Shown one piece after another: positions 1 to 11,354 of a stretch of 64,000 nt of DNA (the stretch's first letter is position 1; every line of letters begins with the position of its first letter). This DNA is from Octopus vulgaris (taxonomy: Eukaryota): positions 80,414,001 through 80,478,000 of the forward strand of contig OX597827.1 in NCBI GenBank assembly GCA_951406725.2. The letters are read 5' to 3'. The position numbers and the translations under genes were made by a program. The notes under the pieces are model-generated. The model was not told where the DNA came from. It worked only from the letters and a program-made list of their open reading frames with translations, and searched no databases.

Positions 1-512
1 TTTGATTTTAATTTATATTGTATTAAGGAATTTTGAAATCCTACATCTTTGTCTATGGCATTCGGTATTGATACTTGAGAACCTTTACGATCATTTTCAC
101 CAAACTGTATATTCACATTCTTTATAGGAAACTCCGGTTCGTGGTCATTGATATCTTCTATTACAATTTTGACTTTTAATATTTTTGTGAAGCTATCCAT
201 TTTCTTAATAATAACTTTCACAGTTCTGGAACATTCTTTGTTGAATGTGCAGAGATCTTCTGCATCCAGTGTCTGAGCAGTGTACAGTTTACCTGTTTTG
301 GTGATGTTAAATAACTGTGCCACCTTTCGTTTGAATTGACTGAATGTTATCAAATGTTGGTCAGATGGTTTAACATTGTCTAAAAGTTTAGAATCGGCAG
401 CAATGTCTGCTACATATGTTCCTGGACTTCTCTCTTCTTCCACATGGTAAGTAAGGTCTATGGTCAGGACACAGTGGACCATTGATAATACAATGGACAA
501 TGACAGGAACAT
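1..512 (-). CDS. PCDH: Protocadherin P1, 5' part of large exon (signal peptide, EC1, start of EC2); runs off the window edge
   Basis: ATG at 512 in CAACATG context reads MFLSLSIVLSMVHCVLTIDLTYHVEEERSPGTYVADI...DINDHEPEFPIKNVNIQFGENDRKGSQVSIPNAIDKD, matching the six full paralogs. Splice acceptor (ctgttttag) at 569-570. Confidence 0.95.
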   Translation of the reverse strand, partial: MFLSLSIVLSMVHCVLTIDLTYHVEEERSPGTYVADIAADSKLLDNVKPSDQHLITFSQFKRKVAQLFNITKTGKLYTAQTLDAEDLCTFNKECSRTVKVIIKKMDSFTKILKVKIVIEDINDHEPEFPIKNVNIQFGENDRKGSQVSIPNAIDKDVGFQNSLIQYKLKS

Positions 513-1165
513 GTTGCTGTTGTATGTTCGTATTGGTTAAAGATGTCCAAATGTGTTGAGGAATGAACCTAAAACAGAACAACAGTTTCCTCAATTACAA
601 TTATTGCATAATACTTATAACTTAATAAAATATATGGTAACTTATTTTGTTTACAACTTTACTCAAGAAGAAAGTGCAAATAAGCTGGAGTAAGGGCTAC
701 TGGGTACAGTTAATATGGTTAGTGTTCAGTGACTGTGAGAAATTTAGTTGGAATAGAATCCTAGAAGATTCTAAAGACATGCAATAATGTGGAGTAAACT
801 TTCTATGTGTTAAACCTGTCACAAGAGAGAAAACACTTGTAACAGGTTTAACAGGAGTAATGAGAGAAAGCAGAGGTTGATAAAATGCGTAAGTTTTGCT
901 GGATGCGATAGAAGGTCAAAATACTCAGAGCAGTAGAGGTTATTGTAGAGCTGATTGAATACACATAATAAGTAAATAGTGTAATCGTAGTTATGTGTTG
1001 GTTGGTTCCAGTCTAGAATGTGTGTGTGTGGATGGAGGGAGGGAGAACAGTGTTGTCCTCTGATGTTTTAAATGTGTAACAGTGAGACAAAAATCTATCT
1101 GGTTTAGAGAAGCAAAGTTTGAGATAATCTTGATCATGTGTTGTTCATGACTAAAATAGGGTTAA

Positions 1166-1385
1166 CCCTTTTGTTACCATATTTCTGTTGAGATGCTCTG
1201 GGTTTCTTTCAATTACTTTAAATATAACAAAGAATTTAGTAAAATAAATTAGTTATCCTTAAGCTAGTGTTAGGAACATAAATTGTTACTAGGGTTTGGT
1301 GGAAGATTTCAATTTAAAACTTATGAAAACAAGACATTTGTACACAGAGCCAGAACTGGTTTCAGTCAGGTTAGTAACGAAAGGG
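1166..1385. mobile_element. piggyBac-type MITE, family A
   Basis: TTAA|CCCTTT...AAAGGG|TTAA termini. A second copy is at 54370-54582. Confidence 0.8.
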
Positions 1386-1636
1386 TTAATATGTGATCTA
1401 ACAGGTTGGTTGTGATTTAATTTAATAGCTATAGGTCAGTCTTCCAGAGGATACTGTTAGACATGCTTGATGATGTCAAAGTGCAAAGTGAACATTGTTT
1501 CCACTGGGATTCTCAAGGCATCCTTTGTGTATTACACAAGTTTTCAACAGATCTGCTTTGCTTAACTCATGTTGATATGTAGTCTTGGTCAGCTCTGATC
1601 AAACTAACCCATGGTCTACTAGGAGTGAGTCACTGA

Positions 1637-1800
1637 CATTAGCATAGCTAGTGGGAGCGGTAGAGGTGGTCTGCCCTGGGTAACACTTTTAAAGAGGCAG
1701 CACTTTTGGGTCTGCTGTAGGTAATACATGTTTTTTGTGGGTTTGGGGGCAGCGAACAGAAGGGCTGCCCTGGGCAACACACACACTAGTTATGCAAGTG
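1637..1800. mobile_element. Short degenerate TIR element (MITE)
   Basis: Ends resemble cattagcatagctag...ctagttatgcaagtg. A related copy lies in reverse orientation at ~47056-47199. Confidence 0.5.
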
Positions 1801-1974
1801 GCCAAAGACCATGTGCTTAGGGCTAGTGCTTTCCAAGGCAGGACATGAATTACTTCAGAATGGAACAAAAGGAAGCAACGAGTGAATAAGACATGCAATA
1901 AAGTTTTAATTAAAATTTCTTTTGCCTGCCTGCCTACTTGTCTATCCATCCATCTATCTATCTATAATAGGTAC

Positions 1975-2380
1975 AGCCATGGCTGGGTGGTAAGAAGTCT
2001 GCTTCCCATTCATATGGTTCTAGGTTGGACAAGTTTTTTCTATTAGAGCCCTGGGTTGATGAAAGTATTGTGAGCAGATTTGGTTGATGGAAACTGAAAG
2101 AAGGCTGTCATATACACACATATATGTATATGTATATGTGTATGAATTTGTATTTCCTTGTCTTGACATCGTGTCACAGCTGTAAATGAATGTCGCTGTT
2201 ATAAAGCAGTGTCAATCATTTCCAATATTCTGTGAAAACATGTCTGGCCATGAGGAAGTATTACTTTGCTTGGGAACAGATGAGGCTTGGTGACAGGGCA
2301 TCTAGCTCTAGAAAATCTGCTTCAATTAACCCCTTTTGACCCATGCAAGCATGGAAAAGAGGATGCTATGATGATGATGA
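1975..2380 (+). mobile_element. tRNA-derived SINE remnant with (ATG)n tail
   Basis: A-box-like ggctgggtggtaagaag. The body ggacaag...gatttggttgatggaaactgaaagaag is shared with the copy at ~29970-30090. Tail is ccatgcaagcatggaaa...atgatgatg. Confidence 0.6.
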
Positions 2381-4269
2381 TTTGCTATATACCAACTTTT
2401 TCCACTTATGGAAAACTGAAGTGGAGCATGGGAGAAAAAAACATGAGAAACATGGCTCTAGACATACTCCAACACACTTTACTGTTTGCTAATCGAGGAT
2501 CAGTGTTTTATCATGTGGCACACAGTGTGACAGCCTACACAGATAGCAATCTTCCCACTATTTTGTTTGTCTATTCCACAAGGTTAAGGTGGTGGTTGAG
2601 TGGAGTCAGTTGGACGTCCAAGTTATTTTGTTTTTACGAGTTCATCAGAATAGGATAATGGCTACTTTCATAAGGGTGAGTTTGATTCAAGTGGTGCTCA
2701 GTTTGAATAACTGAAGGTTTATGTCTGCAGTTATATGTAGACAGGCAGAACATTCTGAAAGGTTGACGTTCAGATAGGAACCATTGGGCAAAGTATGGTG
2801 AGATATGAGGGAGAATAAGAGAGAAGGGCAGGTCATGTTGATCTGGGTTCAGGGGAACAAAGGTCGTTGTAGTCGTGGTTGGAGGGACAGTACATGTGTG
2901 TGACAATGGCTTGGCAAATCTATTGAATGATTTCAGTTTGGATATGTCAGTTGTACTGCAATGAAGGTAACATCTGAGCTTGCCAGAGAACCAGCAATCA
3001 ATAAAACTGAAGTATTTTCTAGCTTTTACAAGGAAACTATACAATAGGATGATCTGGCTACTATTTCTAATAAAAACATTATCAATACAACATACTTAAG
3101 ATATGTTTGTTGTCATAAGCAGTGGTTTGGACAAAAAAAAACTACAGCTTCTGGTGTTTAAACAACATGTATAAATATGATCTCTTCATAATGTTTTTTT
3201 TTTTTATAGAGCTGATTCTATTATGAAATTCAAATTTATTCTGCTTCTGCTGTCCACTGAAAAGCAGTAAACAGTTTATACACTAAATGTATAAATTTCA
3301 GACTGGTGGATTGGATTTTGTTTCTGATGTGACACATGTGTGCAATATTGATAAGCTGCAGCTATAGCAAACATGCATCTGATGTTTTTGTGGTCAGGTC
3401 TGGTGTGATCTTGTTTATCCCAGCTCTGAAGTATATTGAATCTTTTAATATATGCCTTTAAAGTGATTTTTCCCAGACAAAAAAAGAAAAAGCTGCAGTT
3501 GCACATTTAAACAACACATGCATTTAGTATGATACATTGATAATGTTTTTTATTATAGAGGTACTCCTATTGCATAATTCAAATTTATTTCTAATAAGTT
3601 GAGTGATCAAATAGTTATATTGGTAGTGTAGATGTTTGGGTGTTTGGCAATGAATATTTATGTAGAAGTATGAACAATGAGCATCAAGAACAATCTGGAA
3701 AGTTCTACTAAGTTAATATAAAGTTAAACTATTTATTGATAACTCATGAAAATAAGTGTTTTGGAATGATATAAAAAGACTATCAAATGCTAAAAATACA
3801 TCTTTTCTATCTTACCCAATAGTATGATATTTAATATAATTTGTACATCATATTATGTAATTTTGTTAGAAAAAAAAAATAACTGTTTGCTGAAAATCAC
3901 TCAAATGATCTATAAAATATCAATATATGAAATATAATTTCTAAGATTTTAAATACATCTTTTAGACAGATCCAGTATCAATACCAAAAGGCAATCTGTA
4001 TATCCAACTCAATGTGGATAGTTTGTTAGAATGGTGAATGCTGCCTTATTTGCCTTGAGAGGGCCTCTCATGGATGCACGGTGCATAGGATCACACATTT
4101 ATATTATTGGCAGACAAGGACTGGCTGCTATGAGTGCTGGAACTGCCAGATCAAGTGATTTCGATGTATCTTGACTACTCAGTGGCAGATGCTTGCTAGC
4201 TGCATCCCAGCCAGATCCCTGATATATAGAAATTTCTGTCACTATTAATTATTTTTTAATAAGCTTCTT

Positions 4270-4737
4270 GGCCATTTACAACATCAGTGCCTGATTCTCA
4301 TCTACCAATAATATAAATATGCATGTTTTTGCGAGCTATGCGTCTAAGTGAGAGGCCCTCTCAAGGAGAGTGGTGTGGTTTCCAGTGTTTTAGCAAAAGC
4401 ATCCACATCATGTTGGATATGTACACACACACACACACAAAACATTGCACACAACCCATTGCCGTAAGCTCGCTGAAGCAGGCTCAACGTCTCTGCAGCA
4501 CACTTCCTAAGTTTAACACAAAATTTCTCATTGATTCTTCCTGTCCATGACAAAATCACAGACTACAACATACATGCGATCACAAAAACACAAATTTCAC
4601 AACTTGCAAAGTAAACACATTGGTGTCACTCAGCACACTGCCTCATGAAGGTCACTCTCACTGCACATGCAGCTGTGTGCTGCCATCTGTTGGTGTACTA
4701 CAGAACTAGTCCAGGACATTTTTGATACCATTCTTGA
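4270..4737 (-). mobile_element. Mariner DNA transposon remnant (left TIR plus N-terminal HTH of transposase)
   Basis: ORF 4344..4559 gives RINEKFCVKLRKCAAETLSLLQRAYG, resembling the mariner N-terminus (QRxxIKFCVKLGKSAxET...AYG). TIR-like tggtatcaaaaatgtcctggactag at ~4707-4731. Confidence 0.75.
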
Positions 4738-4859
4738 TTTATATATAAACTAATTTTACCATAACACATGGAAATCTAACTCATTAAATACATATACTGT
4801 CTTAGAAAATTACTATTTGTAAATCTCACGACGTGAGATATTCAGCAACAGTACTTTGG

Positions 4860-5146
4860 AGTAAAGATTGTTTGCCAACATAACATGGCAGTCCTGGTTT
4901 AGGATGAATGTTGCTGTAATTTTAGCCCCAGGAGACATCGTCTCCAGCTGACTATACGACATGATCTATGTCCTTATATTTTCGAAGAAGGGAATCTAGC
5001 ACCACCACTCAGCTCAAAACAATATCTGTGTATATGACAATATCTGTTGTATAGCCAGCTGGAGACGATATCTCCTGGGGATAAAATTACAGCAACATTT
5101 GTCCTAAACCAGGACTGCCATGTTATGTTGGCAAACAATCTTTACT
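4860..5146. mobile_element. Foldback/MITE with ~97-bp inverted arms
   Basis: agtaaagattgtttgccaacataacatggcagtcctggtttagga...ccagctgactatac is mirrored by gtatagccagctgg...tcctaaaccaggactgccatgttatgttggcaaacaatctttact. Confidence 0.8.
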
Positions 5147-6363
5147 ACTTATATTGTCATTTACAAATTTTAGTCTTCACTTTTACAAAAATTATTTTGA
5201 ATTATCTGATTAGTTTCTCATCTTTCTGATTTCTTTAATACAGCTTAAAATGATTGGACATTTGTAATGAATAATGTTTATGATATTGTTAGCAAACTGA
5301 CAAATACTCTGTATTCTTTAGCATTAGGATCTTCCAGAACTCTGATATGTAACCATTTTTTTTCATTTCATTAATGTGCAACAACGCATCTAACTTCATA
5401 TTACTTAATATACCATAGTTGGCATTGTGGAATAACTTTCACATTACCACACACATATTGAGAAAAATAAATGATTTATGTAATTTCAAAAAGAATTATT
5501 CAAAAAACATAAAATGGTATTCTTTAATCAATGAGGCCTGATATTAGGCTAAAAGAAACATAACAACATATTCTTCAATCAGTCTTCCATCAAACACTCA
5601 AATAAAACAAATAATCTTCATAGGAATAATCAATGATGTTTGTATTTTAAATATATTTTAGTGAAATCTACTTCAGTTTAATTGAAAATATATCTTTTCC
5701 AAAAATCAAATGTGTAAATTCTTGGATAAAGGCGACATATCAGACAGGCAAAAGTGACAGCCTGGAACGGTTAGTGAATTATTGAAGTGAATAGAAATAA
5801 CTAGTGACCCAGCTTATTTGTGAATGACACAACCGACAGAAAACAACGAAACATTAGAATATAGAGCTATACAATTTATAATAGAATTTGAATTTGCATT
5901 TTTATTTCTCTTTTGTAATGAAGTTGGAAATATGATGGGAACATTGGCATAGAATGTATTGCATAGGAAAAGAAAATAATTATATGAAATAAGTACATTA
6001 AATTAAAAACTAGTCAAGTAGGATTCTAAAACATATCCTGTACTGATATTTTGATAAATAATATATAACATTATTCTTCCTGAAATAATTAATCTTTGAC
6101 AGAAGAAGTATTCAATATTCTCATGATAATACATGTTATAGGAATTTTAAAATAAAATTAACAAATGGAAATAATACTGCTCAGGAAATAACAGAAAATG
6201 AGGCAGGTAAGATTTAAAATTTAGACTGAATAAAGATGAAATTTTCAAGGAAATGCTATTTGATTTAGTGCATAGTAAGAGAAAAATGACTTATTAAAAT
6301 ATAAACATATATTAGTATAATTTGTAAAGAAATACATCATGGTAAAATCATATATAAAAGGCA

Positions 6364-6893
6364 CCTCCATTCTTGACAGTTAAGAAGGGATTCTAATAAG
6401 CGTGCTGCCAGTAACTCTAAGCAAGATATAAAACACACCATTATTTCATTACTGCTAAAACTCTTCACATTACAAAAGGATTTAGACAAAATCTTCTTTC
6501 AAAAATTGAATATAAACACGTGAAGATATCTTTCACATGCCATCTGCTATTGTGGTAAGATATTAGATCTTAGTTAAATCAAAAACAAATAGACACAATA
6601 ACACTATATTGTGGAGAGTGTTGTCTCTGATTACTGATCAATATGCATAACGAATTGATACGACTAGTCTTGTTTTAATGGATACAGTCTAAATATTAAG
6701 CTCTTTAATCAACATAATCCAATTAATTTTAATTAAAACAATATGAAAAATATTAGTGAAAAATAAGACTGAATTATTCTTCAGTGTTTTTATTCCCTTA
6801 TTACTATTTAAATATATTAAAAACAATATATTACAGATTAAGTGAGATTTATAACATAAAATGAGATTATAAAAGATTTAAATAGAAACTTAC
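6364..6893. repeat. Intron-1 segment nearly identical to 19335-19864
   Basis: tccattcttgacagttaagaagggattctaat through gaaacttac matches over ~530 bp with few substitutions. Confidence 0.9.
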
Positions 6894-7066
6894 CTTTTTA
6901 ATAATTATATCATTGGTTATTCAGTGAGAAAGAGAAAGATGTATTGTTGTAGAAAGATCCATTGTAAGTGCTGCTGTAATGGTGTGACAATGGCTGTTAT
7001 GGTGATGGAGTAGTGTAGCACGTCAGGCAGAGAGTCTGCTGCTAGGAGAGGGTTGCATGTGTCACT
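6894..7066 (-). other. Predicted non-coding first exon (leader) of P1
   Basis: One of seven near-identical 173-nt blocks. Starts at an Inr-like TTCAGTG and ends at donor AAAG|GTAAGT. The 5' end is inferred. Confidence 0.8.
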
Positions 7067-7270
7067 GAAGTTGTATGTTTTGTGAGAGTACATCTGTCTG
7101 ATAATAACATTCTGCTGAGCTGTTGTCAATAACTATTTACATATATGAAGATATATACTTATAATATAGTTGCAATATTCTATAGTTAAACATAATTGTT
7201 TTGTTTAATAATACTAGTAGTGTAAATGCTTAGCTTTGTTAGTGATTACTTTCTATGTTTTAGTGAGAAT

Positions 7271-7303
7271 CTGATTGGTTGATGACTTAAACAACAGACC
7301 AAT
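7271..7303. promoter_or_regulatory. Inverted CCAAT pair upstream of the P1 leader
   Basis: CTGATTGG, then a 20-bp gap, then CCAAT. Present upstream of all six leaders whose upstream region is visible. Confidence 0.75.
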
Positions 7304-7558
7304 GATGATGTCCTTTTAATATTGATTTGCATTAAGTAGGGTACAAGGGAGGGTTGTGACATTCTATATTTGATCACAAGCCTTAGTATAACTTGATTTA
7401 GTTTTGAGTACATTTCTCCTTAAATTTTATAAAAAACATTAGCATTAATATTTTCCACTAAAATTTTTCTATCTTTATATTTCAATAAGACAAATTATTT
7501 TGAAGCTTCTATTTTGTGCCTAACTCACACAGTTTGAGTGTAACTGGAAGATACATAG

Positions 7559-7561
<3 letters not shown>

Positions 7562-7596
<35 letters not shown>
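7562..7596. repeat. (TA)n microsatellite
   Basis: Read directly. Confidence 0.95.
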
Positions 7597-7599
<3 letters not shown>

Positions 7600-7865
7600 G
7601 TCTGAAATGTTCAACATTGAATATCGCTACATAATAATTTATTATTTGTGTGTGTGTGTGTATGTATGTATATATGTATTGCATGTGATGTATACAATTC
7701 TTATCCTTAGACACTTTGTTTCTCTAAAATCTACACTGCTATATAATATACTTAACAAGGAAAGTGTGGAAGTGTCTTGTGAAGTTGTTTGTCTCTTCTA
7801 TGTTCTACATTGTATCATAGTATATTCACATAGAGGAAGTCAGTTATGGTCCTGCAATAACAGAA

Positions 7866-7942
7866 TTACACTTGTTTCACTGGTGTTTCTTCACTAGAAT
7901 CTTTTGATGCAGATGTCCCATTGTTTTTATAAATATTTTGGT
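7866..7942 (-). CDS. PCDH: Protocadherin P2 terminal coding exon (exon 4)
   Basis: Acceptor ttctaaattccag. The phase-1 join with exon 3 gives DQNIYKNNGTSASKDSSEETPVKQV-TAA. The same 77-nt block occurs in all six complete units. Confidence 0.85.
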
Positions 7943-8269
7943 CTGGAATTTAGAAACAAAATACAAAATTATGATGGTGATTCTTTTATTATCGATGAAG
8001 TAAACAATATGAAAAGCAATGTATTCACAAATTTGAGAGTTTGTTAGCACACATACGTACACACACATAAGTGTGTGTGTGTGTATGCATGACATGGAGA
8101 CTGTTTCTTTTGCTTACTTATCTGTATCACTTGGACTAGTCTCCATCTGTTCGCATGAATTTATCTCTATCACCATTTTACATAACCTCATCCTTCTCAC
8201 TGTTTCCCCATATAACCACACATAAACATGAATGTCAACAAGCTGAGACTGATTTTTGAATACCTGTGC

Positions 8270-9740
8270 TTACATTGCAATTGTATGCGTGTTTACAAAT
8301 CCTGTCATTCTTGTGTGACTTCTGTTTGCATTTGAGCTTTAGAGAGGAATATAATAGAATGAAATTAACTAGGAATTCAATCATTAATAATTGTCATAAC
8401 GACATTAGTGACAAAGACAAGACAGTCGACAGTTTTGAATTGTTATGTATGAATAATTTAGAGGAGGATGCTTTGAACTATTCTGAGAGTTTTAAATCCT
8501 TTGCGATTCAAAGCCTGATACGACAAATGCGACATATTTTTCATATGTCAATAAAGAAGTTTATTCAGTTATGAAACTCAAAGAATTTCCAAGTTCTGAC
8601 TTTTGTGGGAAATTCTTCATTTTAGAGCAAAAAACATTCCTAGTTGTGAAATATTGCAATTGATATAAAGATCTTCACTGAGCAATGAACTCACAAATTT
8701 CTGAGCCAACCAGTGTTTTATCAACACTGTGGGTCATTGAAAACAGTTCCATTAAAGAAAACTTCATGGACACGATTAAGGTTTGGATCTTGGTAACTCC
8801 TGAGTGGATATAACTGAACAAACTTAAGTTCAGAAATGTTGTTTATCACAAGTGTCAAAAACGGGTCACATTGCCAAGGCTTGTCGTTCTATATATTCAA
8901 GTAATTCAACAATAGTAATTGTCATTTATTATTATCTTTAGTGTTGCATAATTCATCATACATGCAACAATCTCACATATCATTATAGACACCAACATGT
9001 CACAGGTCACTGACTGCTTTTGATTGGTCTGTCTGTCTCTTTCTTCATTTTTAAATTAAATTCTAATTGAAAATTAGCTTTCGGAACATTTTAAGTCACT
9101 CAAAATGGATTATCAATTTTGTGTCTCAAAAATATGATAGTTTCAAACAAGTCCTTACTTCTTAGTTTTAAGGTATGCTCGTAATCAGAGCTAGTCACTG
9201 ATCTCATAGTTCCAAAAAAAAGGTAGGATGTATATTCCTAAAATATATTCCTATATAAAGGTAGGATATATTCCTAAACTTGTAGTTACAGCTGGTCAAT
9301 CTTTTGCAAAAACCAAACATTCAATCACTTAGTATAGCAAGAAATCATAACACCTATTGAATCTTTGAAATGAATGACTGCTATTGTCATGATTTTCAAA
9401 AAGGGAGCATTATTCTGGGAGTCTGTGGTGGTTTCCATACAACACTGAATTGGCACATGCTTCAAAGTAGTTGCTACTGAGAAGCTAGAGGATATTGTAC
9501 ATTGAATTAATCATAATTCCATATACATCTCAAAGAACATTCTTTCCCAAAATCCAATTCATTAAGCACTATCAACAATGCTGTCCAGATTATTTCAGTA
9601 TAATCTTCTGCATTATCTATTTCTCTGGAAATATTCAATTTAGCATTGTCTTCTTTTGTGGCAAATAACCTGGTGCAGTTGCTCACCAATACACTACAGT
9701 TATTTATGCAATTGATAAGCCAACTCATAATATTCAACCA
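8270..9740 (-). mobile_element. Possible highly decayed hAT-like transposase remnant in P2 intron 3
   Basis: Non-repetitive, protein-like broken frames with only weak hAT-like patches (e.g. ACANSVL, which recalls PCxxHSLNL). Boundaries are uncertain. Confidence 0.3.
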
Positions 9741-10439
9741 TGAAGGAGAATCTGCTAGATTTATTGAAGAGGATTAGCCGACAGAAGTACTTATTCTTCC
9801 TTGTAAATGATAATGATCTTAGCTGTGACATTATTCTGAAACTTAAAGCAACCAACATGACCGAGATACAAGAAACCAGTGATAAATCCTGTCATCTTCA
9901 TCATAGTGATCAGATAAAATTTCAAGTCAAACTAAAAACTTCAAATATTCAAAATGAAATGCTTGTTTATTGTAAATTGCACAATTTTTCAATGCAGCTT
10001 GCATCAGGAAATCTGTAAATTGTATCTAAAACTGATGAAACATTTATTACTCCAACTAACATGACTACTAGTGATTCCTGTACTTTAAATCAAGAAGAAA
10101 AACTAGATTCATTTATTCCAAGACTCTCTCAGTGATTCTTGAGTAGATGAAAGCAATTCCATAAGAATAAACAAAATAAAACAGAAAATCCAGATTATCT
10201 GCTGAGTTCAAATATTCACATCATTTAAATGAATATCCATCCGTTCCCATTACCTTATGTACCAGTGTATCATGTAATCACAGATTTCTTACTTCTTGCA
10301 TGTGTCAACTCCAATGAATTCATGCCTCTTTAGGCCCAGTCTACATTGGAATGATTGTGCTAATACTACAATTGTACATATAACAAATTCTTTTATTTGA
10401 GTGTTACAATTCTATATTTAAGAGATGAGGAATTGTGTA

Positions 10440-10754
10440 CATTATTTACATTTGACAGATATTTGTCCTCATCTTGTTTGTTGTTAACACAACATTTCAG
10501 CTGCTATACCCTTCTGCCTTCATCAGGTGTCTTGGGGAAATTTCGAACCCGGGTTCTCATTCCTAAGGTATTTTTCGATGTTATTACTATTATTATTATT
10601 CAGGTCACTGCCTGGAATTGAACTTGGAATCTTGGAGTTAGTAGCCCCATGCTCTTAACCACTATGCCATATCCTCGTGGGCTGGAGGATATATCAGCCA
10701 AAATGTGTTAACAACAAATAAGATGAGGACAAATATTTTCAAATGTAAATAATG
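10440..10754. mobile_element. Penelope-like element remnant: inverted terminal segments, hammerhead-like motif and tRNA-like module
   Basis: Inverted arms of ~52 bp or more (cattatttacatttga...tcaaatgtaaataatg). The interior matches 55185-55372, which adjoins a Penelope endonuclease tail. Confidence 0.7.
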
Positions 10755-11029
10755 GAGTGTTACAGTTCAAATGTTGTAGAAATGCATTTACTACAAATCA
10801 ATACTCATACTTAGGTCTGTCATGAAGTCTGGGACTCATAAGATTGGAGCTTAATTCAATTTTTACATTAAAAATATTCATTACAATGCAAACACACATA
10901 TTTAAATTTAAGAATAGCAGAAAACAGGCCATCAATATTTAATTGAAAGTTTAACGTCTCTCTTCTTGATATAAATATCTGTTACATCGAAGAGATATTA
11001 AAGGAAATATAGCAATTACATTTACTAAC

Positions 11030-11183
11030 CTGACACTCCTGGTATTTCTTCGTAATGTTTCAAGTCTCCTTGTCTACCACTTCTCTTGGATGACATTGTA
11101 TCTGATGTATAGTTACAAACCATAGTAGCATTATCTTCCACAGCATCATCACTTGATGTCACCACAACAGGTTGACAGTATTT
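11030..11183 (-). CDS. PCDH: Protocadherin P2 exon 3 (cytoplasmic, 154 nt)
   Basis: Acceptor tttgtcaacag|AAATAC and donor TCAG|GTTAGT. Encodes KYCQPVVV...LKHYEEIPGVS, in frame with the exon 2 donor. Confidence 0.88.
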
Positions 11184-11354
11184 CTGTTGACAAACAAACG
11201 ATAAAGAAATGTGAGAAGACACCAAACAATGGAAGTTACAATCAACATGGAGAGAGAACAATTTAATATTGGAATGTATTATGGAAGTTAAAACATATTC
11301 AAAGAGATTTCATTGTTCACTTTTACAGAGAGAAAATGTAATGTTTCCACTTAC

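Noticed and set aside
7035-7055. Possible CTCF site in the leader (ctgctaggagaggg); CTCF-like tgccatctg at ~4681, ~6539 and ~19509
   Set aside because: The leader match to CCASYAGRKGGC is poor. The 4681 site is inside a mariner remnant, and the other two are not present in all units.
6917-7129. Open frame through the leader (YNFSDTCNPLLAADSLPDV...FLTE), also at 57214-57411
   Set aside because: There is no conserved start codon across copies, the N-termini differ, and the frame stops before the donor. Treated as non-coding.
7869-7883. C-terminal PVK(H/Q)V as a PDZ-binding motif
   Set aside because: It ends in Val, but position -2 is Lys, which fits none of the canonical PDZ classes.
11025-11261. 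78-aa stand-alone ORF downstream of each Pcdh
   Set aside because: It is exon 3 plus flanking intron; splice sites explain the conserved part.
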